IMG/VR virus record: IMGVR_UViG_3300049893_000773
Span: 1-64,000 of that record
Source: a virus
DNA: 64,000 nt
Direction: 5' to 3' (one strand)
This document shows, piece after piece, positions 53,790 through 64,000 of the stretch; within the stretch, counting starts at the first letter, position 1; each line of letters starts with the position of its first letter. Below the pieces are notes generated by a model that saw only the letters and a list, made by a program, of their open reading frames with translations, was not told the DNA's origin and did no database searches. The position numbers were made by a program, and so were the translations under genes.

Positions 53790-56700
53790 ATGGCGAACAA
53801 CCTTGACATTCAACTTCAGCTCAATGAACTGATCGCTGAGCAGAACAAGCTCTTGGAGAGCAGTTCCAAGCTGCTCAAGGACCAAGTGTCCTTGACCCAA
53901 AACCTTGTTTCTGCCATGAAGTCGGCTAATTTCAAGGATGTCGCCAGTGGTGTCGAGGAAACAAGCAAGGCCGTTGAGGAGGCTGCTCAGAAATCGAAAG
54001 AATTCGGTTCCACGAACCAAGATGTCTTCGATAAGGTCAACTCCTCGTTGAAGGAGGCCCTGGCAAAGGAGACGGCTACAGGGAAGGGAATGGACTCCCT
54101 GACCAAGCAGGTCAAGCGTTTCTCCGTGGCTGCTTCGTCCATTGATGGATTCGTCCAGGGGTTGAGGTTCACCTCGAACCTGCTGAGGACGGCTACCAGC
54201 GCTGGAGTGGGTCTTGTTGAATCCCTGGGACAGATTGGCATTGCCATCTTGTCTATTCCTTTCAAGATGTTGAAGGGATTGGTGACCATGGCTGATGCCG
54301 GTGGTGCAGACACCGCCTTGGCTCAAGCCCTGGAAAACATCCGAAAGGAATTTGGCTCCCTCCGAGAAACCTCTGGTAAGGCCATTGTGGACATGGCCAA
54401 GAACATGAAGGGGCAGTTGGCTCAAACCGGGCTCTCTGTGACCAGGATCTTTGGCAACCTTGCAGAAAGGCTGGCGACCCTCCAGGAGTATGCCCATAAC
54501 CTTGGCCCCCTCTTCTCCAATCTTGCCGGTCAATTCGTTGCTAATGCGGAAGCCATTGGAGCCTATTACAAAGGACTCGGGCTAACGGAGGAAGCGCAGA
54601 AAGCTGTTGCAACCCGCTCCTATGCTCTCGGAACAGCCGTAACCGAGGAGCTCAGGCAGATCACCAACTACTCCACGCAACTCAGTAAGGCATTCAACGG
54701 CACCGCTGGATCGGCCAAGGAAATCTCCCGTGACATGGGCACCTTGATGGCTGACTTCAAGCACTTTGGTGGTATTGCCATCAAGGAAATTGGTCAGGCC
54801 GTTGTGTACTTCCGCCGCTTGGGTGTTGAGGTTTCGAAGGTGATGGGAGTCATCGAGCGTTACGACAACTTCACGGATGCCGCAGAGGGAGCCGCTCAGC
54901 TTTCCCAGGCATTTGGCTTGAACGTTGACGCCCTTGAGATGATGAAGGCTCAGAATCCTGCCGAAAGGGTCGAGCAGTTGAGGAAAGCATTCTTCCAGGC
55001 CGGTCGGTCGGTTGAGACGATGACCCGTCAGGAAAGGACCTTGCTGGCCCAGCAAACGGGCCTTGAGGATTCCGCTCTGGACCTTGTGTTCTCGATGAAG
55101 AACCAGGGGATGAGCTACGATCAGGTCACGAAGAAAGCAGACCTCGCCAAGAAGTCTCAGTTGACCCAGACACAGGCCATGAAGGCTCTGGCTGACTCCA
55201 TTGAGAGGTTGGTGAAGTCGGGGTCCTTCGGCAGTGGTGGATTCTTTGATAGGTTCATCCAAGGCTTCTCTGTGGGTATCCAGCGGTCGGCAGAGTTCCG
55301 AAAGATTATGCGAGAACTCAGGATAGACCTGAGAACTGCGTACTATGAGGGAATCAAAGTCGGTCGGGCATTCGTGGACATGTTTCCGGGAGTGAAGGAT
55401 GTCTTCACGGGCATTGCGGATCTTTTTGAGCCATCTCGCTTCCGAGCCATGTTTGCGAAGATCACGGATACCTTCAAGGTCTTCTTCAAGGACATGACCG
55501 ACAACCCGCAAACGGCTTTGCCTAAGATGCTGGAGCGGCTCAAGAAAGACTTCTTCGAGTGGTTTCAAGGCAATTCCGCAAACGGTCAAAAGATCATTGA
55601 TGGATTCAAGAAGTTCTTCGTTGCCCTCTCGAACATCGCCGGTAGCATGTTGAAGGTGGCTATGACCACCCTCACTAGTGGCATCAGGGGGCTCACTGAA
55701 ATCATCTCTGGACGAAGAGGACTTGGCGGGGCTGCTGGGGCCGCAAGGAATGCCCAGGGCTTCGTGTCCCAACTCATTGGTCCAATCGTGGATGCTATTG
55801 TCGAGGCAGGACCTTCTCTCTGGGAAGCCACAAAGAGGATGTTCTCGACGCTTTGGGCCAAGGCAGAACCCTGGGTGAAGGCAAACTTCATGAAGGTGGC
55901 TGGTGTCTTGGCCGCACCGGCATTCGTGGGTATGGTGGGACGTGCTATCTCCACCAGCATTGCCGGGGCTTTCGCCTCTGGTCTTGTTAACTGGCTCCAA
56001 GGTGGTGGTGTGTCCAAAGCCCTCGGGTCCGTGAAAGGGATGTTCGCCTCACAGGTTCAAACAGCCTCGGAAGCGATGTCGAAGCTCCCAATCCCAACAA
56101 CTCCAGCAGGTGGTGGAGCCGCTGGGGTTGTCAAGGGTGCTGAACAGGCTGCTACTGCTGCTACAACCTCAAAGGTAAACTGGGGTGCTGCTCTGGTGAA
56201 AATGGCAGCTATCACCCTGTTCATCACCGTTGGTATGGCGGGAATTATGTATGCCATCTTCCGCTTTGCCAAGGCCATGCAGGAGAATAGGTTGACCACT
56301 CAATCCGTTGCCGCCTCGGCTGGCGCAATGGTCGCCACGGCAACCTCCATGTTGGCAATTGCTGGGGCTGTGAAGCTCCTCAGCGCCATCAACCTCAACG
56401 CAGGGATGGTTGGTAAGATCGTCATTGGTGTTGGCATGATTGGCGTCGTAGGGGCGGCAATGGCCTATGCCACTGTGGGGTTGATCAAACTCTTTGGCAA
56501 CATTGAAACCTCGAAAATCACCAAGAGCGTCTTGGTAATGGGGGCCATGGGCACCTTCTTCTTGGCGGCTGGTGCTGTAACTGCAATTGCCGGTGTTGTT
56601 GGTCTTGCTGCGACGGCTGGTGGTGGTATTGGAGCCTTGGTGATTGCCGCAGGTATGGCAACCATCGCTGCGACAATTGGAATCATGACGACCCAGGGCA

Positions 56701-58451
56701 TGGCCATCATGCGGGCAATTGATGCTTTCCGTCCTGGTCCTGGATTTACCGACAAGGCTAAAATCTTCGTTGAAGTTATGAAGGGTGTCGGTCAATTTGC
56801 TGGAAACGTGGCGCAGATGGTTTCTGCGACGACTCCAAGCTTCGTGGACTTCATTCGTGGAACGGGTGGGGCTCAACAAAAGGAGAACTTGAAGCAAGTT
56901 GAGAACCTGATCAACGCCCTGGGTGGTCAGATTACCAAGATCATTGAGGCCATCCGAACGAACGTTCAAGGTCTAACTGGCAGCGAACAAGAGGTCAAGG
57001 CGGCTCAGATCATCGGGGACCTCCTTGGAGGTATCTCTGGGCTGGCCAATGCTTTGAAGCCGCCATCGGAAACGCTCTCGGACCCTGGATTCCTGCAAGG
57101 TTTGGCTGGAGACACTGTTTCTCGTCGAATCACCTTGATGACCGATTACGTGAACGAGGTTGGAAACAAGCTGAGTCAGTTCGTGAGGACCGTGGTTGCG
57201 ACAGTCACAACCAACCTCCCAACTGGGTTCTCTGACGCCCAGGCAAAGGCTGCGCAGGTCATTCCTTCCATCCTTTCGGGTGTTGGGGACTTGGCTCAAG
57301 CTCTTCGTCCAAGCTCGGCTCTTCTGGCTGAAATGAACCGGGGTGCACAGTTCCACGGTGTTGTCCAGCACATGAGTGCGTTTATCAGCAATACCATGCG
57401 GGCAATCACGGGCAGCGATCTATTCGTCAAGATTGGTGACCTCCTAAAGTCCGTAGCCACAAGCGTGGGGGATTTGAACCCATCGCAAGCAAAGGCTTTG
57501 CAGGCTATCGCTCCAGCAATCGGTCCAATCTTCTCGACGATCGCGTCGATCGGTGGAATCATCTCTGGTTTGGCTGGTGGTCGGGGAGCCGGTGGAGACA
57601 CTGGTCCAGCCGCACGAGCCACACCTGCTGATGCCGGTACCATCTTCCAGATGACCAACTTGGTCAACACCTTCTTCACCCGAGTGAAGGATGACCTTCC
57701 AATCTTGGTCAACAACATGCGTCAAGCTTTCGCTGGAGTTTCCGTCAGGGAGGCTTCTAACCTCGCTCGTGGAATGCAGGCAATGCAGAGCTTGTTCCAG
57801 GTGGTTTCCTCTGTTCCCCAGTTGATTCAATCCTTTAGGGGTGCTGGTGGAGCGGGTGCGGGTGCTGGTGGAATCACATCGCTGGAGGACATTGGTCACA
57901 CGATGAACCTGCTACTTGTTGCCTTGGCAGGAGGTGGTGGTAACCGGGGAGTTGTGTCGATCCTTCAGACCGTCGTTCCGCAAGTCAACGCCGTGACGAG
58001 CACGATTGGTGATCCAGCGGCATTCACAAACAAGATCAATGCCGTAAAGGCTTCTTTTGAGGCTCTTTCCCGTATTCCCGATATGATTCGCTCTCTTTCC
58101 GGGGTAACGAACATTGCCACGGTGACTGAGAACGTCACGGGTCAGATCGAGCGTGTGCAGTTCGCCAGGATTGCAAGCGTTGTGACGGACATGGTGTCCC
58201 ACGTGAACCAGCTTTCGACCACGATTCGTGGAATCAGGCCAATTGAGATCGAGCAGGGACTTCAACGTCTTGGAGATAGCATTGGTCTTGGTTCGGAGGG
58301 CGAATACACAATTCAGAACCGCAACTTCACGGTAAACGTGAATGTGACGATCAAACTGGACAACGACGGTTTGGACGCTCTGGAGCTCGGCATGCTTCGT
58401 CGCGTTGGTCCTCACCCAACCAGGATCACTCACGGCTCCCTTGAGAGGTAA
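53790..58451 (+). CDS. Tape measure protein
   Basis: 1553 aa, Ala/Gly-rich helical, hydrophobic central block, located between tail and baseplate genes. Confidence 0.85.
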   Translation: MANNLDIQLQLNELIAEQNKLLESSSKLLKDQVSLTQNLVSAMKSANFKDVASGVEETSKAVEEAAQKSKEFGSTNQDVFDKVNSSLKEALAKETATGKGMDSLTKQVKRFSVAASSIDGFVQGLRFTSNLLRTATSAGVGLVESLGQIGIAILSIPFKMLKGLVTMADAGGADTALAQALENIRKEFGSLRETSGKAIVDMAKNMKGQLAQTGLSVTRIFGNLAERLATLQEYAHNLGPLFSNLAGQFVANAEAIGAYYKGLGLTEEAQKAVATRSYALGTAVTEELRQITNYSTQLSKAFNGTAGSAKEISRDMGTLMADFKHFGGIAIKEIGQAVVYFRRLGVEVSKVMGVIERYDNFTDAAEGAAQLSQAFGLNVDALEMMKAQNPAERVEQLRKAFFQAGRSVETMTRQERTLLAQQTGLEDSALDLVFSMKNQGMSYDQVTKKADLAKKSQLTQTQAMKALADSIERLVKSGSFGSGGFFDRFIQGFSVGIQRSAEFRKIMRELRIDLRTAYYEGIKVGRAFVDMFPGVKDVFTGIADLFEPSRFRAMFAKITDTFKVFFKDMTDNPQTALPKMLERLKKDFFEWFQGNSANGQKIIDGFKKFFVALSNIAGSMLKVAMTTLTSGIRGLTEIISGRRGLGGAAGAARNAQGFVSQLIGPIVDAIVEAGPSLWEATKRMFSTLWAKAEPWVKANFMKVAGVLAAPAFVGMVGRAISTSIAGAFASGLVNWLQGGGVSKALGSVKGMFASQVQTASEAMSKLPIPTTPAGGGAAGVVKGAEQAATAATTSKVNWGAALVKMAAITLFITVGMAGIMYAIFRFAKAMQENRLTTQSVAASAGAMVATATSMLAIAGAVKLLSAINLNAGMVGKIVIGVGMIGVVGAAMAYATVGLIKLFGNIETSKITKSVLVMGAMGTFFLAAGAVTAIAGVVGLAATAGGGIGALVIAAGMATIAATIGIMTTQGMAIMRAIDAFRPGPGFTDKAKIFVEVMKGVGQFAGNVAQMVSATTPSFVDFIRGTGGAQQKENLKQVENLINALGGQITKIIEAIRTNVQGLTGSEQEVKAAQIIGDLLGGISGLANALKPPSETLSDPGFLQGLAGDTVSRRITLMTDYVNEVGNKLSQFVRTVVATVTTNLPTGFSDAQAKAAQVIPSILSGVGDLAQALRPSSALLAEMNRGAQFHGVVQHMSAFISNTMRAITGSDLFVKIGDLLKSVATSVGDLNPSQAKALQAIAPAIGPIFSTIASIGGIISGLAGGRGAGGDTGPAARATPADAGTIFQMTNLVNTFFTRVKDDLPILVNNMRQAFAGVSVREASNLARGMQAMQSLFQVVSSVPQLIQSFRGAGGAGAGAGGITSLEDIGHTMNLLLVALAGGGGNRGVVSILQTVVPQVNAVTSTIGDPAAFTNKINAVKASFEALSRIPDMIRSLSGVTNIATVTENVTGQIERVQFARIASVVTDMVSHVNQLSTTIRGIRPIEIEQGLQRLGDSIGLGSEGEYTIQNRNFTVNVNVTIKLDNDGLDALELGMLRRVGPHPTRITHGSLER

Positions 58452-58453
58452 TC

Positions 58454-58627
58454 ATGGATGACGATTTCATGCAATCCAAGAAGTTCCAAGAACTTCTTGC
58501 GATGATCCCAGAAGAAGAGCGAGCGAAGGTGCTTGAAGGCTTGGTCAAGCTTCGAGAGGAATTTGCTGAAAAAGTCTTGAAACCAATTGAATCCGCTGTT
58601 AATACGCAAAAAGCCAAGGGTGAATAG
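58454..58627 (+). CDS. Small hypothetical protein (57 aa, not in the ORF track)
   Basis: GAGG RBS; MDDDFMQSKKFQELLAMIPEEERAKV...GE*. Confidence 0.5.
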   Translation: MDDDFMQSKKFQELLAMIPEEERAKVLEGLVKLREEFAEKVLKPIESAVNTQKAKGE

Positions 58628-58635
58628 TTACTGGC

Positions 58636-61600
58636 ATGTCCAGAACTTCACGCCGTCTTGGGGACCTGATCCAATCCTTGGAGAGCAACAGGATTGTTCC
58701 TTACCTGGAAAACTCCGGTCCAAACAACACCATTCAAATTGACAAGGACGACATCCGACCTGACGTGCTTACCAGGATGGTGGAATATGGCGTTGCTGTA
58801 ACTGTAGAGACGACCAACAATCCTCCCTTGAGTCCAACTCAAGGGAAGTTCGCCCTTCAGGACGAGCTTGGCAACCCTACGGGTATCACGGACCCTGGGG
58901 TCAACGGGCAAGAATACTTCACCAAGAAGTTCCACGAGGGTGGAGTAGATGGCAAGTCTGCCGAGGCATCGTTTAGGGCCATTTCGAAAAGTGGCTTCTT
59001 GGATGTGGATGACGCCGCTGGTGGTAAATTTGAGATCAAGAAGGGCAAGACTTCTTCGACCGATCCTTCTCCTGTTGACATCTTCAAGGAGATCAACGAT
59101 AAAGGAGAAGATTCGTCCTTTGTCAAGCGAGTAAGACAGGCACAGGTTCAGAATAACCGTTTTACCATCGGCAAAACGTTGATTCCCCGTTCCGGTTTGG
59201 ATGTAAACGACGGTTCCCCTGCCTCTGCCCCTGGCTCCAGGGGTTCCGGTGCCGTTTTTGAGGACGACAGCAACGTTGGAATTGGGTATGCCCAACAGGA
59301 ATTTGGAAAGTACGGTCCAAGGAAGTTCCCTTCCACCCAGGGGGACACAGCGGTGCTGGTAAAGCTCCGAGACCTGAAGAAGATCGGCCTCCTTACCATG
59401 CTTCAAGCTTCTGGTGAGTATTACATCCCTACAGATCCAAACAACGTTGCTCAGGAGCTTGCTGCCAGAGGAGCTTCCACGGCTCCTGGATTGGCTCGTA
59501 TTGGTCAAAAGATTGACATTAGCCGAGTCAGCCCTGTCAAGATCATGAAGGACGTGAACCCTGAGTTCACCAAACCTACACTGGACGACAATATCATCTT
59601 GGATACGGTCAAGTCCTATGGAAGTGTCAATAACTGGCTGGCACCCTTTGATGGACTCACCAGTACAGCCACCGTAGCTTCTGCTGCTCTCCTAGCTCTG
59701 ACTGTAGGTGGTCTGATCAAGGGAGCGGCTGCAACGATCATCGCTATCCGCCGTCCAAAGGTTGAACCAAACCTGGGTGGTAACCCATCCATGAGTGATC
59801 GTCGGAAGCGAATGGGTTCTTTTTTGGGCAAAGCCACTGAGGTTGACATCTTCAGGAACACGGACTTTGAGATCGAGATTGCCCGTACGGCCCACGACTA
59901 TTTCCTTTGCGTCTCCAAGGGAGTGGATATCTTCTTTGGACTTTCATCGGCTGGAGCGGCTACGAGTAAGATCGCCAAGAACCATGGGTACTACAACACC
60001 ATCCTGAGAACAATCGTCCGTTCAACAACTGATTTCTTCTTGGCTGCTGCTGGTGGAATGGTAAATACAGGCGAGGCTTCTCGTCCACGAAACGTGAACG
60101 ATGCGAGCGTCCTTGGTAATCCACTTGGGACGATTGAGCTCATCCGAAAGCTCAACAGCTCTCTTTTGCTCAAATTCTGCAATATCCTCGCCACCATCGG
60201 GGATATTGCCATGAACCACGATGATGCCGGGTTCATTATCAATGAAAACGGCGAGGTCAACGAGTTCATCTCCGACATTGATCGAATCATTGTGGACGGG
60301 GAGATCGGTCCAAGGGGTGAAGGTGCGCTCAACCCGGCTGTGTTGCAGTCGGTTCATCGTCTCCCAGGGCTTTACAGGAATGCCTTGGCTTGGGGTTCGC
60401 AAACCGCCAAGTCGATGTACATGATTCCAAACAACATTTTCCGGGCCGAGGCTACTTTCCTTGGGGCATCCGACCAGTCGAACAACCCAACGGAAAAGCT
60501 AAGCGCTGCTCTGTCGAAGAACAACCTCAGCATCGTCAAGGGCCCTAGTGGATTGAACGGCAACAGGATTCTGGCCGAGGACGTGAAAGCCTTGGAAGAC
60601 TACCTGGAAGCCGACTACATGCCATTCTACTTCCATGATACCCGCACCAATGAGATCCTTTCTTTCCATGCCTTCATGGAAAGCATGAGCGATTCCTTTG
60701 AGCCGGAATACACCGACGTGGAAGGGTATGGACGAATTGGAAAGGCTGTGATCTACAAGAACACCCAAAGGAAGATTTCCTTGGAGTTCCGCGTTGTGGC
60801 AACCTCGGAAGAGGATTTTGACTCAATGTGGTACAAGATCAACCGGCTGATCGCAATGGTGTATCCACAGTACACACAGGGTCGTCAAGTTGGAACCGCC
60901 AACAACAAGTTCATCCAGCCATTCTCTCAAATTCCAGGTGCATCGCCTTTGATCCGCTTGCGCTTGGGTGATGTTTGGAAGAGCAACTACAGCCGTTTCG
61001 GCGTTGCTCGACTCTTTGGTGTGGGTTCGAACCAGTTCAGCCTGCAAGGGCAGAACAGTACCGTAACCTACAATGCCGCCTTGCTTCGCAACCGAGAGCA
61101 GGTCACTGAACGCATGGCTCGTAGAGGAGAATACCAAGTAGGGGAGCACGCAATCCTCACTCCTCTGCCAACGCAGCAGACCCGTGGAGCCGGTCAACGG
61201 CTCCTTGGCTACCCTCGCTTCGGCAACCTCAGCGAATCGCCAGGACAACCCTTCCAGGCCCAGAGAACGGGTGTTGGTGGACGGTCTGGTGCCGGGGTGA
61301 ATGCGTTTGTGTCTGTGACGAATTCCAGCACGGCTGGCGGACGCACCTTGACCCCACAAGCTTCCCCTGCTGGCCCTCCTTTGGTGATTGCACAGGAGCT
61401 CAAGGTTAGGATTGTGTCGGTAACCAACTCTCAAGCCGATCCTTCCTTGAAACTATACAAGTTCTCCGTGCCAAGTGGAGGACCTGGACAGGATGGTATC
61501 TACGGCTGCACTCAGCATGACCTCCGTCCAGATCCAGAGGAGATTGCTCGTGTTGCCTACACCCAGTCAACACAAGACAGTTTGCCTGATACCAACACCA

Positions 61601-62037
61601 ACAGCCAGGGAGTGGTTTCCAACTTCTTCAGTTCTGGTGGTGATAACGGGAACTCCATCATCAAGGCTTTCGAGAGCACAAAGGGTGAAGGACTTGCTGG
61701 CTTCATCAAAAACATGCGCATGGATTGGAGTGATGCCCGTTGGGAAACTGGCAGGCACAACGCCCGTGCTCCAATGATGGTGAAGATTTCGATGGACTTT
61801 GAGCCAATCCACGACATCAACCCAGGTTTGGATTCGGATGGTTTCATGACTGCTCCGGTCTACAACGTTGGAAATACCATGAAGACTTGGGTCAATGGCA
61901 TGCCAGAGGACAAGAACATGGCTGACCGAAAGGAAGCCACCATCAAGCGCATGCAAGTGCTTGCAACACCACGCTCTTCCAACGGAGTCGCCGTGGGTAA
62001 TGGCATGAACACGGGAGGAGTGGGAAATAACAGATGA
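58636..62037 (+). CDS. Baseplate/tube-initiator-like protein
   Basis: C-terminal tube-like motifs PFYFHD.R, GYGRIG...YKNTQRKISLEF, PLIRLRLGD; follows the tape measure gene. Confidence 0.65.
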   Translation: MSRTSRRLGDLIQSLESNRIVPYLENSGPNNTIQIDKDDIRPDVLTRMVEYGVAVTVETTNNPPLSPTQGKFALQDELGNPTGITDPGVNGQEYFTKKFHEGGVDGKSAEASFRAISKSGFLDVDDAAGGKFEIKKGKTSSTDPSPVDIFKEINDKGEDSSFVKRVRQAQVQNNRFTIGKTLIPRSGLDVNDGSPASAPGSRGSGAVFEDDSNVGIGYAQQEFGKYGPRKFPSTQGDTAVLVKLRDLKKIGLLTMLQASGEYYIPTDPNNVAQELAARGASTAPGLARIGQKIDISRVSPVKIMKDVNPEFTKPTLDDNIILDTVKSYGSVNNWLAPFDGLTSTATVASAALLALTVGGLIKGAAATIIAIRRPKVEPNLGGNPSMSDRRKRMGSFLGKATEVDIFRNTDFEIEIARTAHDYFLCVSKGVDIFFGLSSAGAATSKIAKNHGYYNTILRTIVRSTTDFFLAAAGGMVNTGEASRPRNVNDASVLGNPLGTIELIRKLNSSLLLKFCNILATIGDIAMNHDDAGFIINENGEVNEFISDIDRIIVDGEIGPRGEGALNPAVLQSVHRLPGLYRNALAWGSQTAKSMYMIPNNIFRAEATFLGASDQSNNPTEKLSAALSKNNLSIVKGPSGLNGNRILAEDVKALEDYLEADYMPFYFHDTRTNEILSFHAFMESMSDSFEPEYTDVEGYGRIGKAVIYKNTQRKISLEFRVVATSEEDFDSMWYKINRLIAMVYPQYTQGRQVGTANNKFIQPFSQIPGASPLIRLRLGDVWKSNYSRFGVARLFGVGSNQFSLQGQNSTVTYNAALLRNREQVTERMARRGEYQVGEHAILTPLPTQQTRGAGQRLLGYPRFGNLSESPGQPFQAQRTGVGGRSGAGVNAFVSVTNSSTAGGRTLTPQASPAGPPLVIAQELKVRIVSVTNSQADPSLKLYKFSVPSGGPGQDGIYGCTQHDLRPDPEEIARVAYTQSTQDSLPDTNTNSQGVVSNFFSSGGDNGNSIIKAFESTKGEGLAGFIKNMRMDWSDARWETGRHNARAPMMVKISMDFEPIHDINPGLDSDGFMTAPVYNVGNTMKTWVNGMPEDKNMADRKEATIKRMQVLATPRSSNGVAVGNGMNTGGVGNNR

Positions 62038-62321
62038 AACGATATGGGAGAACACCAACCATCGGGATTGGATACCGATATGGCACATCTTACGCCCTTC
62101 CTGTGATCCGAGAGAACGTTATCGCAGGCAACATCCGTTTTGAGCAAATCACGCTCCGTGAAAGCAACCGTTTGGACATCCTTGCGGGGCTCTACTACGG
62201 GGATGGACGCCTCTGGTGGGTGATTGCTGCTGCCTCGGATATTGGATGGGTTTTGCAGGTGCCAGTTGGCACAATCATCAAGATCCCGGACCTGTCTGAT
62301 GTAAGCCGTTATGTAGGATAA
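62034..62321 (+). CDS. LysM-like baseplate wedge protein (gp53/tail X-like)
   Basis: RLDILAGLYYGDGRLWWVIAAAS...GTIIKIP. Confidence 0.8.
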   Translation: MKRYGRTPTIGIGYRYGTSYALPVIRENVIAGNIRFEQITLRESNRLDILAGLYYGDGRLWWVIAAASDIGWVLQVPVGTIIKIPDLSDVSRYVG

Positions 62322-62323
62322 CC

Positions 62324-64000
62324 ATGCCAGCCGGTGCAAATCAACCAGCCACAACTATTCCGCTTCAGGAATCCATTCGGAAACTCTCGAAATACTTCGG
62401 GCTCTACACCGTAAGGGATCTTGCCGCCTCCATTGCTCTGTCTCAGATTCAAGGACAGGACATTGGTTCGTCTTTTGACTTGCCTCAGCCACCCGAGTGG
62501 ATCACCAAGATGATCGAGGTCCTGATTGATACCTCGACGGGTGGATACACGAGCAATGACATTGTGGACACCTTGAACCGTCTTCTCGCTGAGGGTGGCG
62601 GGGAGGCTCAAAATATTCAAAGCGTCATCGAAGCACTCAACCGCTCGGTGAAGATTGTTTTTGGCCCTGGGGATGGTGCTGGCAACCAGAATCCAGCGCA
62701 GGGCGCGGGCATTGTGAAGGGATCGACAATTGGTCCAAGGGATTCCGTCCAGGAGATCCTTGGGTCCAACGTGATCAACTCTGACAGGTCGCACCCAAAC
62801 AGGGACATTTCTCCATCCCTCTCGGCAATCATGGTCAACAACGTGCGTGTGCTTCCAATTCACCGCAACGTGAACGCTGTTACCATCTTCATGAACGCCC
62901 TCCCAAGCATTGAAATTTCCAGGTGTGTCCCATTCCTGGAAGTTCTCTTCCAATTCTCTCGTCCACCAACGGACGCAGATGGAAGAATTCAAGCTCCAGG
63001 GCTGATCAAGTTCCTTGATGGTGCCGAAACAGCAAATGGCACCCGGCGGCTGCTCCTTGATTCCTCCATTGTCAAAGGAACCAACTCCGTTGGCAGACAA
63101 CAGGAATACACGGAGGTGGGAATGGAGGTCTTCACGGCTCCACAGACCATGGTGAATGCCAATGAGGATCGCGCTCAGAATGCGGGAGGATCAAGCAGGA
63201 GAAGTGCCCCTGTCCTCGACAAGTTCCGTCCGCTGATGACCTTCAAGGGTTTGTCCATTGAGATCGTCCCAACGACGGGATTCATGTGCTTCAAGACGGC
63301 CAAGATGGACTTCGTTCTCCATGACAAGACTCGTCTTGCCGAGGTGGCTGACTTCATTCGTCCCGACCTTTACGGAAACACCGAAATCCTAATCGAATAC
63401 GGCTGGAAGCACCCTGATCCTCCTTCGGCAAACAACATGTATGCCAACCTCCTCAATGGGATGAGATGCAAGGAGAAATACGGGATCATCAACGTCTCCA
63501 TGCAATTCGACGAGGCAGGACAAGCTGTCATTTCTCTCTCCCTTGCAATGAGAGGCGCCAATGACTTCAGGACCGAAACCATTTCGTCAGACGAAACTGG
63601 AGTTTCCGACATCATTCGTCAGGTGAGAAACCTGACCGAGCAGGTTGGAGAGCTTCGTAGGAGGGTGTTCCAATCCAATTCTATTGGCACTCGCGAGGTG
63701 AGAGGTGTCCAAGTCCTGGATGCCGCAACAGATAGCAACGGACAACTCCTCCTGACGCCAGAGTTGAGGACTGAACTTGCAAACTTTCGAGCCGCCTTGA
63801 GAAATACCCAGAATCCAAGTGCCAGATCCCTCCTGGGAGCCTTGGATAACCTCTATGGTACCGACGGAAGAAGAGGTCAGACGGCTCAACTTCGCTCCAC
63901 TGTGCAAACCAACATCGCAAGGAAGCTCGCCCGAATCTCCAGGGGTGGAGTGGAGCCATTTGCCGCTGCACCAACAGCAAATTATCCTGAAGGAAGGGCT
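62324..64000 (+). CDS. Large baseplate hub-like protein, 3'-truncated by the window edge
   Basis: AGGA RBS; frame from MPAGANQPATT continues towards the window end; IEYGW.HP motif; follows the LysM-like gene. Confidence 0.6.
   Translation, partial: MPAGANQPATTIPLQESIRKLSKYFGLYTVRDLAASIALSQIQGQDIGSSFDLPQPPEWITKMIEVLIDTSTGGYTSNDIVDTLNRLLAEGGGEAQNIQSVIEALNRSVKIVFGPGDGAGNQNPAQGAGIVKGSTIGPRDSVQEILGSNVINSDRSHPNRDISPSLSAIMVNNVRVLPIHRNVNAVTIFMNALPSIEISRCVPFLEVLFQFSRPPTDADGRIQAPGLIKFLDGAETANGTRRLLLDSSIVKGTNSVGRQQEYTEVGMEVFTAPQTMVNANEDRAQNAGGSSRRSAPVLDKFRPLMTFKGLSIEIVPTTGFMCFKTAKMDFVLHDKTRLAEVADFIRPDLYGNTEILIEYGWKHPDPPSANNMYANLLNGMRCKEKYGIINVSMQFDEAGQAVISLSLAMRGANDFRTETISSDETGVSDIIRQVRNLTEQVGELRRRVFQSNSIGTREVRGVQVLDAATDSNGQLLLTPELRTELANFRAALRNTQNPSARSLLGALDNLYGTDGRRGQTAQLRSTVQTNIARKLARISRGGVEPFAAAPTANYPEGRA

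Noticed and set aside
39606-64000. Extracellular contractile injection system or tailocin interpretation
   Set aside because: Terminase, portal, protease, capsid and replication genes are present, so this is a phage.
1-64000. Stop-codon reassignment as seen in some jumbo phages
   Set aside because: Conserved genes are full length in the standard code and end at TAA, TAG and TGA; no suppressor tRNA was seen.
1-64000. CRISPR array, integrase/att site, introns or inteins
   Set aside because: I saw no regularly spaced repeats, recombinase or intein motifs, and core genes are uninterrupted; by-eye inspection could miss short or degenerate cases.

Overview
The window is a 64-kb segment of a large (jumbo-type) T4-like myovirus genome read in the standard genetic code. 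Positions 1-23.6 kb hold replication, repair and accessory genes: gp4-like nuclease, RuvC-like resolvase, primase, MazG-like protein, a truncated SerRS-like enzyme, a fused SbcD-SbcC, DenV-like glycosylase, terminase, deaminase, ATP-grasp protein, Dps-like protein and GroEL. This part also has an RNA cluster with a tmRNA, an aberrant tRNA-like RNA, a kissing-loop structured RNA and tRNA-Ala. Positions 23.8-64 kb are the virion module: portal, prohead protease, scaffold, major capsid protein, neck, two tail sheaths, tube, tail chaperone, tape measure and baseplate. The least explained signals are (i) two truncated, apparently A-domain-only copies of the capsid protein directly after the MCP; (ii) an Ala-identity tRNA-like RNA with a hairpin inserted in its D-loop, 1 nt after the tmRNA; (iii) a three-way-junction RNA with complementary loops upstream of an RBS-masking hairpin; (iv) a SerRS catalytic core lacking the tRNA-binding arm; (v) a recurring N-terminal helix tag on many small proteins and enzymes (possible head-cargo signal); (vi) a TANTTA late-promoter motif producing leaderless and nested transcripts; and (vii) a U7 frameshift in the tail chaperone. 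All product calls come from motif recognition by eye; no database search was run.
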